A stretch of DNA of 63,771 bases, counting the filler, from Hausera hauseri (lineage: Eukaryota), in assembly GCA_046269625.1 (NCBI GenBank). It is 11 parts of 11 records of this genome, joined end to end, with 100 filler letters (N's around TTAATTAATTAA, not from the genome) between each part and the next. Parts side by side here need not be neighbours in the genome. Positions count along the whole stretch, not along the records: positions 58,768 to 63,771 come from JBJURY010363928.1; 10 more parts are not named here. One strand, 5' to 3'. The position numbers were made by a program, and so were the translations under genes. The notes below the pieces were generated by a model. The model worked only from the letters and a program-made list of their open reading frames with translations, did not search any database and had not been told where the DNA came from. Position 1 is the first letter of the stretch. Each line of letters starts with the position of its first letter. Of this stretch, positions 62,299-63,771 are shown piece by piece.

Positions 62299-62973
62299 AT
62301 GGAAGACGACGACAAAACGATTCTAATTAATGATGATGATGGTGGTGGTTGTGAGAATAATAAAAGTTCAGATTGGTTGTGGTTGTTTGGCTACAAAAAG
62401 GACAATTCTAATGTCAAACTGCTGGAACCTGTCCAACAATTAGAAAAACCCCGTGATTGTTTGCAGGTCGATTGTCTGGAAACGAAATAGGAACTTGCTC
62501 AGAAATCAGCAGCAGCAGCAGCAAAATCGACGTTAAAAAGGCAAAATTCAATAACTGGAATACGTAAACGAAAATCAAAACCTTTGAAGCACCAAGCACA
62601 GATATTTTTACCGATACGAATTTTTCGCAAGTATGAAATGCATTTTCTGCAAACGAACATACTGATTTCATTGAATAATCCCGTTTTTCTATGTGCACCC
62701 AAGTACAGATATCGCGTAAAGCGGCTTTCGGGTGAAAATTTGGATAAACTTTCTGATGCTGTACCTCAATTAAACGTGGATATAAAGTTAAACGAATCTA
62801 TCGGACAACAGCAATCTTTCGATTTACCGGCGCATAAAACGAAATTGTTTGATTTTATCGATCGTGAAATGTTTCATATACTAGATGGTGATGATAGTGG
62901 TGGTTTAAAGTGTCAACTGAGTACTGAATTGCAAACATACAAGAAAAAAGCTGGTATGAATAGCCCAGTTTAG
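62299..62973 (+). pseudogene. Polinton accessory ORF, function unknown (one internal stop)
   Basis: ORFs 62299..62490 and 62584..62973 are in the same frame. Confidence 0.5.
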
Positions 62974-63098
62974 CATGTAGCTGAAGCACATTTTAATTAT
63001 CAATAAATTTTGTTGTGTTACCGTTCTTCTTCTTCTTTCGTCAACCCAATTAACTAATATAAATATACGTGTAATTTTAAAAACTAGGCATAATAGTA

Positions 63099-63490
63099 AT
63101 GATAATGAATGATGTAAAGATTATCTTAATAGACGAAAATGCCTTTGTACCGAGACGTTCGACAGCAAACAGTGCAGGCTACGACGTGTTTTCCAATGTC
63201 AACACGACAATTCCAAATAGCACAATCAAATGCATAACGAATTGGATTTGATTGGCCATTCCACCCTGTTACTACGTCCTACTTTTATCGAAAAGCGGAC
63301 TGACAAAGCTCGGACTGACGGTCGTGGCTGGCGGTGTCAATGAATCAGACTTTCGTGGCGAAATTAAATTGTTGATGCAAAACCAATCCGCGAAACCGTA
63401 TGCTTCTTCGAAAGGCGATGCAATAACATAAATCGTTTTTATTCGCTGTGAAGAGGCGGAATTTAGTGTAATATTACCGGAACAATGTTT
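63099..63490 (+). pseudogene. dut: trimeric dUTPase, motif 5 missing
   Basis: PRRSTANSAGYDV, KSGL, GGVNESDFRGEI and KGDAIT*IVF, with two stops. TATAAATA lies at 63058. Confidence 0.92.
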
Positions 63491-63536
63491 ATACTCAAAC
63501 ACACATATAAATAGGTGCAGCGTGAACACTATTTCA

Positions 63537-63771
63537 ATGATGATAGCTAATATCAACTATCGCGGACATATTACTGATTGTATTAATGCAATATCTTTTA
63601 ATCAATGGAAGCCGAGACAGTATGTCCGCAAATGTCCACTGGATATTATATAAGTCATATTTCAATCGAGAAAGTGTCGTATTATGGGTTGTCACAAACC
63701 AATCACAAATGACAGACAACTACCATTCGGAATTGTCATTGACCAAATTCAATCAATAACGGTAACGGCTC
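63537..63771 (+). pseudogene. second, diverged copy of the TBP-like gene (5' half)
   Basis: MMIANINYRGH...IFQSRKCRIMGC.... The DNA aligns with 61765-62015, including the TATA box at 63506. Confidence 0.75.

Larger units (their letters stand above)
58768..63771. mobile_element. Polinton/Maverick (adintovirus-like) internal segment, degenerate
   Basis: Cluster of ATPase, core protein, integrase and penton on the minus strand, with divergent accessory genes on the plus strand. Confidence 0.9.

Noticed and set aside
1-63771. CRISPR arrays, rRNA or tRNA genes, prokaryotic operons
   Set aside because: None seen. The only tRNA-complementary sequences are retrotransposon primer-binding sites.

Overview
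This is not one continuous locus. It is 11 short eukaryotic contigs joined by ten identical 100-bp artificial spacers (44 N + TTAATTAATTAA + 44 N), so adjacency across spacers means nothing. Most contigs come from an AT-rich animal with 42-49-nt introns (PSPH, GATAD1-like and cationic amino-acid transporter exons). Several segments look teleost-like (about 21.1-21.5, 27.8-31.6, 39.8-40.3 and 41.1-46.1 kb), which suggests a fish-parasite assembly with host DNA. The content is mostly mobile DNA: a Mos1-type mariner, five decayed copies of a CsRn1-clade Ty3/gypsy family, a gypsy element with a chuvirus-like glycoprotein, a BEL/Pao 3' end and a Polinton/Maverick segment (penton, integrase, core protein, ATPase, TBP-like, dUTPase). 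There are also intronless pseudogenes of ANAPC1, PSMD11, DCTN5 and a dynein heavy chain. The best candidates for novelty are: (1) an intact spliced tyrosine recombinase-SET methyltransferase fusion gene bracketed by hammerhead-ribozyme repeats with compensatory base changes; (2) ubiquitin-like domains in three unrelated retroelement ORFs, including an RxRGG-terminated Ubl leader fused directly to Gag; (3) a chuvirus-like fusogen placed upstream of and in frame with the protease; (4) a GATAD1-like gene starting inside the first PSPH intron, with in-frame splicing possible. All homologies were recognised by eye from motifs; no database searches were run.
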